A stretch of DNA of 64,000 nt from Eledone cirrhosa (Eukaryota), in the NCBI GenBank assembly GCA_964016885.1, contig OZ024740.1:6634001-6698000 (forward strand). The letters are read 5' to 3'. Below, piece after piece: positions 28,368 to 40,223 of the stretch. The notes beneath the pieces are model-generated. The model was not told the origin of the DNA and ran no database searches. It was given only the letters and a program-made list of their open reading frames with translations. Each line of letters begins with the position of its first letter. Positions within the stretch are counted from its first letter, which is position 1. The position numbers and the translations under genes are program-made.

Positions 28368-31080
28368 AGTTGCAGTTCATTATCTACTGTATCAGAGCTT
28401 CTGTAGATTATTTCATTCACCCATCTTGCTGCATCATTTGTTGGGGTGATAATGGCTCTATTTGCAAGCCATAGTGGGTTTCTGTAGTTTCCTGGAAGAT
28501 TTGTATACACAAAGTCCAGACACATTACCATATTCCAGACAAAGTTCATTTGGCAGAAGAATTGTGAATGCACCTACAGTTGGAACAGTTGGAATGTTAC
28601 CATTTCCCACATTAAAAAGGTAGTTTGCAAACTGTCTTTCATCAGAATCCTCTGTATCAATTAACCGTTGATTGTTTATCATCTCCATAGTTTCCACATA
28701 ATCCCAGAGATAGGATCTCTTGATGGTTGCCTCAACTATTTGTGGTCTAGCACCATGACGTACAACTGGAAGAATTTGCTTCCAGTCACCAGATAGTAAT
28801 AGTTAGACCACCAAATGGCTTTTTGCAATCTCGAACATCTTTGAAGCCCCTGTCAAGGCATTCAAAGATATGCAGTGGCAGGTGCAATTTTTCTTTTAGA
28901 TCGGAGGTAATCCAATAGGATGTTTATGACATAGGTCTTTCCTGTACCTGCACTTGCATTCAAGCAGAAAAATTCTGCCTTCATTTTCATTTACAGAGGT
29001 GATTACTTTGTGAAAAATAATCAGTTGCTCAGGATTCAATGTTGGCAGAAGTTAATTTATGTTTACTTGCAGTTGGTGTGTATTGAAATCAGTTTCTGCC
29101 ATTAGAACCCTGTTGATTTCTGGTATGGCAACAATAGTTGGATCAGGCCGAGGAAGTCCATAGTTGGCATGAATGTCCAAGCCACCATGTTGAAGTCTTT
29201 GTTGGATCTTCTGTAGATCAATCTGCACGGTTTGCATGGACATGACTTTCTCATGACGTTCATGCATGATATCCTCTGCAAGACAATTCCATTTCTCCCA
29301 GAACTGCAGAGGGTCATTTGGCATGTAGTACAATAAAATGGTGCAGAAGATCTCTCGCAGCTGAGGACTAAGCGTAATGGATGAGGCCTCTTCCATAGGT
29401 TTGTCTTTTTCTCCATCTTCATCTAACAGACCAAGATTCCTGCATGCTTCTTGGAATGTTGGAAATTCAACTCCTTCAATTTTTCCTCAATTCTTTGTAT
29501 GAAGTTGACCCAGCCTTGTGATGTAGGATCATTCTGAGGTAATATAATTCAGATTGATGTCTACTGAGAGATACTGTTGGAATGCATCCAAGAGATTCAC
29601 TCATAAATTGTTGATCACCATCCAGATGTCCCTTTTTTCTTCTTTGTCACTTTTTGTTTGTCCAAGTGAAATATTTAGCAATATCAATATACAATATGTT
29701 TTGTGCTAGTGGATCTCTAATATTCAGTTGAAAATATTCCGTCAACTTAGTCATTGGCTGTCCCCTAGAAACAACACTTTCTTCTTGCCCTCGCTCATAC
29801 ACGACCATTTGTTCCCCAGGTAAATGGCAAGGCAACTTTTCAACTGGCGGTTTTCGATGATGTAATGGAAATTTATAGATTCTCCAGAATGCTTCACTTG
29901 CTGAGATGTACCGGGCATTGATATAGGTCTCAATCTCATTTTGGGCATGGACACAATTTCCTTGATCATCCTTAATAGTGAAAGTGATCTTGTCTGATCC
30001 TTTCGTGATGTACTTATATAAGTACTTAACAGCCTTAACACTGTGGACAACCTCACAATTGATGTGGCACTGATATCTCAATGAGAGGAAAGGGTTGTAT
30101 GGAACAACCCAATGATTATAAACAGTAAATTCTTGACCTTTAAGTTGGATTGTATGGGTGTGACGACCATACTGTCTATCCCTTCTACACTCCGGAATGG
30201 AATTTTCGGCAACAAATGTGGTTTGTCTGAATGACTTGGAATAACTTTTTGAGCAATGGCGTTGTTTTCCTAGCCCTTCCATACATGGGCACATCATATC
30301 AGCTTGTCCACATGGGCCATGAATGTTGCAGGATGTGATGATCTTATGCAGAATTGGATTGGTCACTTTATCAGGAATCTCACAGTACACTACCTGATCA
30401 ATGGCATCAGCAGTTTTGGGTTTGCTATTTTCAGCCATTATCAGCAGAATATAAGCATGAGTGAGGCCCCGTTTCTGCCTTTCTATTGTAGCAGAATAAG
30501 CCACAACTTTTCCTAGGACATTTCTTTTCAGTATGTCATCCATGAGGCTGTCATACTTGATCTTGAAGACTCTTGCACAAATATCAGGATGGTCTCTAGG
30601 TTCTTCACCAGGGTGCAAACTATTTTTTATTTCATCCCAGTTAGGGTTAGTTGTTACTGTGATGAAATAAGATGGCTTTCCCATGACTAACCACAGTCAT
30701 CGAATTCTGAAAGCACTCACTGTAGAAGCGAGGTGAACCATAGATTGAAGGAGGAAGAACAATTCTCCGGCCTGCATTTACTGAATCTCCTTCAGCCACA
30801 GCATCATACAAACCCTCATACTTTGCAGCTCGTATCATGGTTTGATTGTTGTGGGCCCATTTGAGGCGACAATGTTCTATTTTTGCTTCGGCATCTACAG
30901 CATATTGCTGCATCAGCCGCCTGCTCTTCATGCTAATGTTACAGTCACCTTGCCTAACCTGAAACCGATAACAGTTGAAATCAGTGGGTGTGGGTGTGTT
31001 GTTGTTGTCAATCCTTTTCAAACCAAGCTGAAACCCATCATTCCCCCAAGGAAATAGTAGCACATAATGCAGAGGATGTA
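28368..31080 (-). pseudogene. Decayed Helitron RepHel (HUH Rep plus Pif1-like helicase), frameshifted and truncated at both ends
   Basis: Rep motifs: HPLHYVLLFPWG, GKPSYFITVTTNPNWDEI, ERQKRGLTHAY (degenerate HUH) and KYLYKYITKGSD (YxxxY). Helicase motifs: Walker A ASAGTGKTY (~28930-28960), LSGDWKQILPVV (~28760-28800) and IITPTNDAA. Confidence 0.93.
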
Positions 31081-33290
31081 TGTTTGTGTGAAAGTATGTA
31101 TATTTGTGTGAATGTGTGTGTGTGAAAGTATGTGTGAATGTATGTATATTTGTGTGAAAGTATGTATGTTTGTGTGAAAGTATGTGTGAATGTATGTATA
31201 TTTGTGGGAATGTATGTATATTTGTGTGAAAGTATGTGGGAATCTATGTATATTTGTGTGAAAGTAAGTGTGAATGTATGTATATTTGTGTGAAAGTATG
31301 TGTGAATGTATGTATATTTGTGTGTGAAAGTATGTGTGAATGTATGTATATTTGTGTGTGAAAGTACGTGTGAATGTATGTATATTTGTGTGTGAAAGTA
31401 TGTGTGAATGTATGTATATTTGTGGGAATCTATGTATATTTGTGTGAAAGTATGTGTGAATGTATGTATATTTGTGTGAAAGTAAGTGTGAAAGTATGTA
31501 TATTTGTGTGAAAGTATGTGTGAATGTATGTATATTTGTGGGAATCTATGTATATTTGTGTGAAAGTATGTGTGAATGTATGTATATTTGTGTGAAAGTA
31601 AGTGTGAAAGTATGTATATTTGTGTGAAAGTATGTGTGAATGTATGTATATTTGTGTGAAAGTATGTGTGAATGTATGTATGTTTGTGTGAAAGTATGTG
31701 TGAATGTATGTATATTTGTGTGAAAGTATGTGTAAATGTATGTATGTTTGTGTGAAAGTATGTGTGAATGTATGTATATTTGTGTGAAAGTAAGTGTGAA
31801 AGTATGTATATTTGTGTGAAAGTATGTGTGAATGTATGTATATTTGTGGGAATGTATGTATATTTGTGTGAAAGTAAGTGTGAATGTATGTATATTTGTG
31901 TGAATGTATGTATATTTGTGAAAGTAAGTGTGAATGTATGTATATTTGTGTGAAAGTAAGTGTGAATGTATGTATATTTGTGTGAAAGTATGTGTGAATG
32001 TATGTATATTTGTGGGAATGTATGTATATTTGTGTGAAAGTAAGTGTGAATGTATGTATATTTGTGTGAAAGTAAGTGTGAATGTATGTATATTTGTGTG
32101 AAAGTAAGTGTGAAAATATGTATATTTGTGTGAAAGTATGTGTGAATATATGTATATTTGTGTGAAAGTAAGTGTGAAAGTATGTATATTTGTGTGAAAG
32201 TATGTGTGAATGTATGTATATTTGTGGGAATCTATGTATATTTGTGTGAAAGTAAGTGTGAATGTATGTATGTTTGTGTGAAAGTAAGTGTGAATGTATG
32301 TATATTTGTGTGAAAGTAAGTGTGAATGTATGTATATTTGTGTGAAAGTATGTGTGAATGTATGTATATTTGTGTGAAAGTAAGTGTGAATGTATGTATA
32401 TTTGTGTGTGAAAGTATGTGTGAATGTATGTATGTTTGTGTGAAAGTATGTGTGAATGTATGTATATTTGTGTGAAAGTATGTGTGAATGTATGTATATT
32501 TGTGTGAAAGTATGTGTGAATGTATGTATGTTTGTGTGAAAGTATGTGTGAATGTATGTATATTTGTGGGAATGTATGTATATTTGTGTGTGAAAGTATG
32601 TGTGAAAGTATGTATATTTGTGTGAAAGTATGTGTGAATGTATGTATATTTGTGTGAAAGTATGTGTGAATGTATGTATGTTTGTGTGAAAGTATGTGTG
32701 AATGTATGTATATTTGTGGGAATGTATGTATATTTGTGTGTGAAAGTATGTGTGAAAGTATGTATATTTGTGTGAAAGTATGTGTGAATGTATGTATATT
32801 TGTGTGAAAGTATGTGTGAATGTATGTATGTTTGTGTGAAAGTATGTGTGAATGTATGTATATTTGTGTGAAAGTAAGTGTGAATGTATGTATATTTGTG
32901 TGTGAAAGTATGTGTGAAAGTATGTATATTTGTGTGAAAGTAAGTGTGAATGTATGTATGTTTGTGTGAAAGTATGTGTGAATGTATGTATGTTTGTGTG
33001 AAAGTATGTGTGAATGTATGTATGTTTGTGTGAAAGTATGTGTGAATGTATGTATATTTGTGTGAAAGTATGTGTGAATGTATGTATGTTTGTGTGAAAG
33101 TATGTGTGAATGTATGTATATTTGTGTGAATGTATGTATATTTGTGTGACAGTAAGTGTGAATGTATGTATATTTGTGTGTGAAAGTATGTGTGAAAGTA
33201 TGTATATTTGTGTGAAAGTAAGTGTGAATGTATGTATGTTTGTGTGAAAGTATGTGTGAATGTATGTATATGTGTGTGAAAGTATGTGTA
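31081..33290. repeat. ~32-bp minisatellite TTTGTGTGAAAGTATGTGTGAATGTATGTATA built from 12- and 20-bp subunits
   Basis: Tandem units are directly visible and explain the HTY-rich ORFs. Confidence 0.97.
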
Positions 33291-33574
33291 TAATCTCTAT
33301 CTCTCTCACCACACACTCTCTCTTTCTATATATATTATTATAGTTTAGATTGAAGTGGTGGTGGGGATGCCGACAATATACCGGAAGTGCAACTTTGAAA
33401 AGAAGTCAATTTGAAATTATTTATTTTTACGAAATTATTTTTGTTTACAAAATTTAGTAGATAAATTATGTAATATTCATTCCTTATTTATTCAAAGTAA
33501 TCTAACTTATTTTACAAACAGGATAAAAATATATTCTGGACACAGTCCCGCACTCCTTACTTTATTATAGTTTA

Positions 33575-33800
33575 GATTTGAACAACATCATTTATGTGTG
33601 TATAAGTCTATATATGTGTGTGTGTAAATATACACACACACATATATATAGAGATTTGGACAACATCACTTACGTGTGTATAAGTCTATATATGTGTGTG
33701 TGTAAATACACACACATATATATAGAGATTTGGACAACATCACTTACGTGTGTATAAGTCTATATATGTATGTGTGTAAATACACACACACATACACACA
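33575..33800. repeat. Three tandem copies of a ~75-bp unit (AGATTTGGACAACATCACTTACGTGTGTATAAGTC...)
   Basis: Copies start near 33574, 33652 and 33726. Confidence 0.85.
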
Positions 33801-34073
33801 CATATCATTTTCATTATTTAACATTCATTTTTTTGCCTAACAAGGCTTGAACAATATATATATCAGAAGACCTGACTGTCTAGGGGTACAGGCCAAAACT
33901 GAATCATATAGACACTATGCTCCCCACTCCCAGTTTTACAGTGAGTGCTAGGTGCTTTTTACTGTGATGCCTACATGAACACTCTACAATGTGGACTGGG
34001 TGATTTTTTGTTGTGACACCTCCCCTCCCACTGTTAAGTGGGAGGGGAGGTGTCACCTAGCACTCACTGTAAA

Positions 34074-34235
34074 TGAGGTTGGTGTTAGGAAGGGCATCCA
34101 TCTGTAGAAATCAAGCCAGAATCAGTTCTGTATGAGCAAGACATGGTCACCTTACCTGGCATTGCCCACAACAGGACAGCTCGTCAAACCAATGCTAGCA
34201 TGGAAGAATGGATGTAAAGCGGTGGTGATGATGTT
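34074..34235 (+). mobile_element. 3' fragment of an RTE-tail-like SINE/LINE ending in (GAT)n; related tails at ~34760-34930(-), 35380-35432(+), 42788-42855(-), 49357-49410(-)
   Basis: GGTTGGTGTTAGGAAGGGCATCC...GCTAGCATGGAAGAATGGATGTAAAGCGGTGGTGATGATG. The same terminal motif recurs next to (CAT)n tracts. The family name is from recall. Confidence 0.6.
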
Positions 34236-34304
34236 GATATATATATATATATAAACAAGAAGTGTAAGTCAACAAGTTAAAATTAACTTTGTTTAATCAT
34301 AGAC

Positions 34305-34362
34305 ACTGTTATATATATTTCTTTGATAACCATTATGCAGCAGCTATGACCTCATCAGACAG
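34305..34362 (-). ncRNA. Degenerate type I hammerhead ribozyme motif next to (TA)n
   Basis: Minus strand reads GCTGT-CTGATGA-[imperfect stem II]-GAAA-TATATA-TA-ACAGT, so stem I pairs. It resembles the motif at 62372. Confidence 0.55.
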
Positions 34363-34560
34363 CTAGAATTTGAACAGAAAAAAAACAGAAAAACATTACA
34401 ATTTAATATAGCTTCTGTTATTTCGATTTTTTGATATTCTCAGTGCTGAAGTTTGGTGCTGTTTTCTCAAATTACTGAGAAAACAACACCAAACTTCAGC
34501 TTACATGTGCAAAGACACATCTAAACAATTTAGATGTGTCTTTGCACATGTAAGCTCGCA

Positions 34561-34643
34561 TATCTGACGAGATGTGGAAAAAGAGTCGGACCCTGTCACC
34601 TATATTGTACCCTGAGCTGATTGATATCAAAACAATTGTAATA
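34561..34643 (+). ncRNA. Decayed hammerhead motif in a PLE terminal-repeat fragment (second copy at 43417-43487)
   Basis: TAT-CTGACGA-GATGT...ATATC-AAAA (GAAA mutated)-CAATTG-TA-ATA. Regions 34528-34680 and 43384-43540 are homologous. Confidence 0.55.
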
Positions 34644-34700
34644 AAGTTTCTACATATGCTGCAACACTGACTTCAACTATTTTAAATCTCTCTCTCTCTC

Positions 34701-34747
<47 letters not shown>

Positions 34748-34759
34748 ATATATATACAT

Positions 34760-34802
<43 letters not shown>

Positions 34803-36421
34803 CTGTTTAATGTCTATTTTCAATGTTCGCATGGATTAGACACATGTTATCAGGTTTTACATCTAGACTGGTCATGTGACAATGTCTTACATTCCACTTT
34901 GGTTTAGGTTCTCTGGTTGGATGCCAGCCAATTTACAATTACAAACATAGGAGCATTTTATTAGACTCCAGCACTACAACCCTACAGGATCAACTGTGTG
35001 CTTTTTTGTCATGGCCCCTGCACTACCACTTTACAAGGTGGACTGTGTGCTTTTTGTCACCAGCATCACTATCTAACAGGATGGACTGGATGTGTTTTAT
35101 TGTAGCACCAGCATCACTACACTAGGGTACATGCTGTGTCATTGGCCATGCAGGAAAAGTGTGGCAGTGATAGGAGTAGTGTGTAGCATGAGAGAGGTGT
35201 GTAAGTTACATTGGTCCTTTAATGTAGGCTGTGTCTTGCTTCCCATGCTGGAAGGTGAATTAGGGACGTTTGAAGGGTGATCACTATGTGTGGTGTACAA
35301 GCAAATCTATGTCGGAATGGGTTGGATGAAGAGGTGGCGGTGAAGGATAGGAGTAGAGAAATGCTGTGGTGCAGAAGACTTATCCAACCCATATAAGCTA
35401 GGAAAAGTAGGCATAAAAACAGTGGTGATGATATGTATGTGTGTATATGTGGATTGGTGTATGCTTGTCTTTGTGTATGTGTGTGTTTATGTGTGTGTGT
35501 GCGTGGATAGGTGTATGTGTGTATTTGTGCACGTTTGTCGTTGTGTGTGTAAGTGTGTGAGTGTGTGTGGATTGGTGTACATGTGAATTTGTGAATATTT
35601 GTCTTTGTGTATGTGTGTGTGTGTGTCTATGTGTATGTGTAGATAGGTGTGTATGTGTGTGTATGTATTTACATATATACAAAATAATGGAAATATAACA
35701 TACATGCACACAATTTGAATTATGTATTCTTCTTGAGATATCATACATAATTATTATTAGATGGAAAATGTTTCTTCTGTAGAGCGAACCCCCCCCTTAA
35801 AAAAAACAATAACAAAACAAACAACAATATGATGTATTGCTACAGTTAATAAATGAGCCCTAGGTGACATCCTATGAACAAATTTACACACATTATAATA
35901 TAAAAAGGTTAGATGAAGATTAGAGAAATTGCTCTCTTTTCCATTCTAAGAACCCATGTTTACAGAGCAGATCAACATAGTTTACCAAGGCTTTAAATTA
36001 ACTTTCCTATAAATTCAATAAGGTTGCCATGTTTTTTGTTAAATGTTATCATATTTTGAAATTAGACATGAATTTAATGCTATATATTTGGCAAGATTTA
36101 ACATGCTTTAAAGAGTTCTAATAATGGGACTCGTGAATTGTTTTCTTGTGATACATCACTGAGGATTACAAAGTATGGCCCCGTGGGAAATGGGAGTAAT
36201 TATCGGTAAATTTGATCTAGTGAACCTTAAAGATAATCATAAATAAAGAGGGAATTATTACACGTAATTGGATCTTTATGATTGAACTGAAAGCAATTTT
36301 CATTCTTTGAAATTCATCTTTTTTTTAAAATTATTTACAGGAATTTAAGAAGAAGAAGAAGAAGAAGAAGAGATATAATTTCAATCTTGAAGAGTTTGTC
36401 TCATGTAAAAATCTGAAATCA

Positions 36422-36585
36422 TACTACTACTACTACTACTACCACATCCACTACCACTACCACTACTACTACTACCACTACTACTACTACTACCACTACT
36501 ACTACCACTACTACTACCACTACTACTACCACCACTACTACTACCACCACTACTACTGCTACTGCTACTACTACTTCTACTAATA
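36422..36585. repeat. (CTA/CCA)n microsatellite at a SINE tail
   Basis: Direct inspection. Confidence 0.95.
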
Positions 36586-36591
36586 ATACTG

Positions 36592-36778
36592 GTTTCTATT
36601 ATAGGCACAAGGCCAGCAATTTTGGGAAGGGGAAAGTCGACTAAATCGACCCCAGTACATTACTGGTACTTTATTTTATCGACCCCGTAAGGATGAAAGG
36701 CAAAGTTAACCTCGGCGGGATTTGAACTCAGAATATAAAGCATGTTGTTAGACGCTTTACCAATACTGCCAATTCCAC
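36592..36778 (-). mobile_element. tRNA-derived SINE
   Basis: Minus strand has A box TGGCAGTATTGG, B box GAGTTCAAATCC and the family body TTTGCCTTTCATCCTTACGGGGTCGATAAAATAAAGTACCAG. Confidence 0.9.
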
Positions 36779-36830
36779 ATCTGAGCAAAATGTAGCTCCC
36801 TGACCCATCTATATATATACATATATATAT

Positions 36831-37022
36831 ATAGGAAAAAGTATGACCCCGACGGCAGAGCTCAAGCCGTTTCGAAGGCTATTTGTCCAGAAATAGCCGT
36901 CGAAACGGCTTGAGCTCTGCCGTCGGGGTCATACTTTTTCCTATTTCCCACTCTACTACCCTAAGTATTGAGTACTCTGGTGCGTTATGGTCCATTTGGT
37001 TCCTTACCACAATTCCTTTGTT
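36831..37022 (+). mobile_element. PLE 3'-terminal fragment with a 5' fold-back, inserted in (TA)n
   Basis: 36885-37022 is an inverted copy of 37071-37210, and 36831-36944 is itself a palindrome. Confidence 0.8.
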
Positions 37023-37164
37023 ATATATATATATATATATACCTTTCATTTACATATATATATATATATATAACGAAGGAAATGTGGTAAGGAACCAGGT
37101 GGACCATAACGCACCAGAGTACTCAATACTTAGAGTAGTAGAGTGGGAAATAGGAAAAAGTAAG

Positions 37165-37258
37165 ACCCCGACGGCTGAGCTCAAGCCGTTTCGACGGCTA
37201 ATTCTGGACTGAATGAAAATTTATTCAGGTATTTAAATAGCCGAGCTTATCAAGGGGT
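37165..37258 (-). ncRNA. Type I hammerhead ribozyme, U3-A8 core variant
   Basis: Minus strand reads ACCCC-TTGATAA-G..CGGCTA...TAGCCG.C-GAAA-CGGCT-TGAGCTC-AGCCG-TC-GGGGT. All three stems pair and the cleavage triplet is GUC. Confidence 0.85.
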
Positions 37259-37651
37259 AATTCCATATATGGTCAAAGAGATAATCACCAGGATTGGTCA
37301 CATCACAAGTTAGTAGTAAATCTGTGATGTCAAATTGGTGGGGGAAGGGGTAGCTGAACCTGCCGGTAGGAGAAAAAGGGAGAGGGGTGGAGTAGACCCA
37401 TTCATGCGTTGGTAGTGCCGGCTACAGCTGGGTGAGAGGTCAAAGAAGATACTGGGTAGGGGGAGGGGGGGGGAGTCGAAATGGTAAGAAAAACAAAGAA
37501 GGGTAAAACTATAAAAAGTACTGAGAGAGAAAAAAATAAGCAAAGTCTGGTTACTAAGACTTAAGTCTCTCGCTATTGCTGGGCTAAAATAATACATAAA
37601 TAAATAAATAAACAAATAAGTGAATACAAGAATAGATAAATAAATTAAAAA

Positions 37652-37704
<53 letters not shown>

Positions 37705-37912
37705 AAAGTTTTATTTAAGATTGTTGGGTTACAACGAGTAAATATTTTATAACTGATATAAAAGCACTCGACAGTTTCTGGAGTAGGTTTACGATATATA
37801 TAACGAAATAAATATGGTTTTATAAATATAGTTTCCATTTGTTTAATATCGTATATATATATATATGGAGAGAAAATTTACGAAATGGAAATGCGGGTAT
37901 ATAGAATTTATT

Positions 37913-38029
37913 AGGTAACAATTGTTTCTATAGTGTATGAGTTACCTATACCTCGCTATTTGAATAATACACAAATATTATCAAAAACCGAAAGTACACT
38001 GTAAGCCAACACACCATGTCATCAGACCT
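37913..38029 (-). ncRNA. Type I hammerhead motif with long stem II insert and palindromic stem III
   Basis: Minus strand reads AGGT-CTGATGA-CATGGTGTGT...ATACACTATA-GAAA-CAATTG-TT-ACCT. Confidence 0.65.
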
Positions 38030-38439
38030 TTGTATTAGAATGATATGAAAATATTTTGTACACTAGATAAAGGATAAAGAAGGAGGTAGGAAGAGAAGGG
38101 GAAGAGGGAAGTGAGTAAGGTGGAGGGAGTCTTAGGGTTTAAGACTGTCAGACTAGTAGAGATTGTGAAGAGAGAATGTTTTGGCAGCAGTTAGCTTAAT
38201 GAGGCGTGCTAAGGTTGGCTGGGAAGTAGATTCTTCTAGTGGTGTTGTTCGGACAAAATTTAGTTAGAGGGGTCAAAGTGGTACAATGTCACAGACAAGT
38301 TATTAGGGCTATTATAGTAGCAGGTTATTTCTAAAGGGGTCCAGAAAAACAGTGTTTTGTACTATTATTATAGAAAGCCATATCTAGTGTATAAACATAT
38401 AAGACAGAAATTTGCAAACGTTGGTGTAGAAAGGTAACA

Positions 38440-40223
38440 TTATATGCATTTAAAAAAAGAAAAAGTCGTTTTCAAACGATGGTTACAGTATAGAGAACGT
38501 TCAATTTTGCTATTCAAAAGTTTGTTAAAATGCAGTATATCTCTAAATTGCATAACTTGCAGAATCGATGATTTTGCTGATATGCAGGCGCAGCTGCAAT
38601 AATTTGCCAATCAAGGGAGAACGCTTGATTGTTCCTCCGAAGCTGCCAGGCTTTATCGGCGAGGGTTGTTACGGAGCGCATTTTCTCGTGCCTGATCGAA
38701 GATCGATGTTGGTATAGGCGAGCCTTGAAAGAAGTTGCGGTACATCCGACGTAATACCATTTGTTGGTCCCGGAATTTATTGTACACCGCTAGACAATAT
38801 TGCGTGCTAGGCACTGGTTATTCAGTGGGCACGTACCTGGTTTGGTGCAGTTACAACTATTTTTATGTTTTGCAGTAGAATCCTGGATAGTTTGGTGGGG
38901 TTGTGGTTGCGTGTTAGTGCGTTGCATGTTGCTATGCTGGTGCGCTGAGTCATTAGGGATGTACTTATTCAGTATTGCTGAGTTGAGTTTTCTAATTAGT
39001 TGTTCTATGTTAGGTGCAGTGGAGTATGAGAGTCTAATGGTGCGCGAGTTAAAGATTTTATAGTATTTATGTGAAGTTGTAAAGTGTTTATTGATTAGTG
39101 TATAGAATTGGGAGATAATCTTAGTGCTAATAGAAGAATTGTACACGGGGTTATACCATATGTACTCTCTACGTCTGACTCTATTTGCTGGTTTGCACCT
39201 GTTAGTATGCCTATTGATGTGTGTGTGTGGTGCAATACTAGTTCGACTTAGATGTGTTTTATTCATAGTACTTATGTGGTTATCGGCTAGATATTCAATT
39301 TTCTCGCAGTAACCAGCTTTTCTAAGTGCGTCATTATAATATTCAGCATGCTCGTTGAAGGTCTGCAAATTAGACGACAGTCGGGAGATCCTTATGGATA
39401 TATTTTTAGGGATAGATTTAATAATGGAATGGGGATGGTTCGATTTTACATTAACGTACTTGAGATTTTCATTAAGTTTGTGAAATGGCTCTATATTACC
39501 GTTATTAAGGTTGAAGGTGACATCCGAGAAGTTGACCACCTTAAGATTGTGTTCAAAGGTAATATTAAGCCCTAGTTCTAAGAAAAGTTTCCTAATGTTT
39601 TTACGTCGCCTTTCTAGGTTTTGTTTGTTCATATTCTTGACTAATAGAAGTGTATCGTCGCGGTATATTCCGCCGTGGAGGTCCGTAAATTCGCTCTGGA
39701 GTCTATGGGCTATATAGATCCCAACCAAATCCGTGACCTCCGCCGAATCGTTAGAACCCATCGTAATGTCGAATTCCGAGGGTCTATCCCTGCGGACCCA
39801 ATAACTATTTTCAAAGTGCACTACTGTGCGTCTAGCTTCAAGTATAATATTAATTTCCTCGTTTGTGAGGTCCGAGTTAGTCTTAGCGAAAGAGAGGGCC
39901 TTATGCAGGGTTTCGGGTGAAATAGAGGAATAGTATTCATCTATATCGAATTGAATAAAAGAAGATTTGTTTTTGTCCCTAATGTTATTGAACCATCTTA
40001 TTGCCTGATGAGTATTACCCCATAATTTAATATCTACCTTAGCCTTAACTTGGGGGATAATACGATCTAATATGTACTTACTAATCCTACCTATATCGGA
40101 CTTAGAAGGACATATTAATCTAATTTTAGGGTTAGTATTTATGGTTCTTCAGATTAAAAGTCGGTGTAGCTGGGGATAGGGGTACCGTTCTGTCGTCAAT
40201 TTTCAGTTTCCTAACAATATCAC
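38440..40223 (-). pseudogene. PLE reverse transcriptase plus GIY-YIG endonuclease, disrupted by a TAG at 38790 and frameshifts near 40150 and 38520
   Basis: RT motifs LKNHK..IRLICPSKSDIGRISK, FIQFDIDEYY, FDITMGS and YRDD. Linker CNCTKPGTCPL (CxCx5C). Reading through the stop gives NIV*RC...YYVG...FKARLYQH...CKLCNLE, and after a frameshift LNSKIE..CNH. Confidence 0.92.

Larger units (their letters stand above)
37866..40223 (-). mobile_element. Penelope-like element family A (Naiad-type), 5'-truncated, nested in the internal (TA)n of family B
   Basis: RT plus GIY-YIG coding region, then a 3' region with a hammerhead motif that ends at (TA)n 37852-37866. Confidence 0.88.

Noticed and set aside
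23583-28380. Long Asn/Thr, Val/Gly and Leu/Val ORFs of 350-961 aa
   Set aside because: Triplet repeats lack stops in most frames on both strands, and there is no domain or splice evidence.
31430-33316. His/Thr/Tyr-rich ORFs of 588-628 aa
   Set aside because: They are translations of the 32-bp minisatellite and are open in several frames.
38790-38792. Programmed readthrough or selenocysteine in the PLE ORF
   Set aside because: The stop is TAG at the expected Tyr of the GIY motif, and the copy also has frameshifts, so this is ordinary decay.
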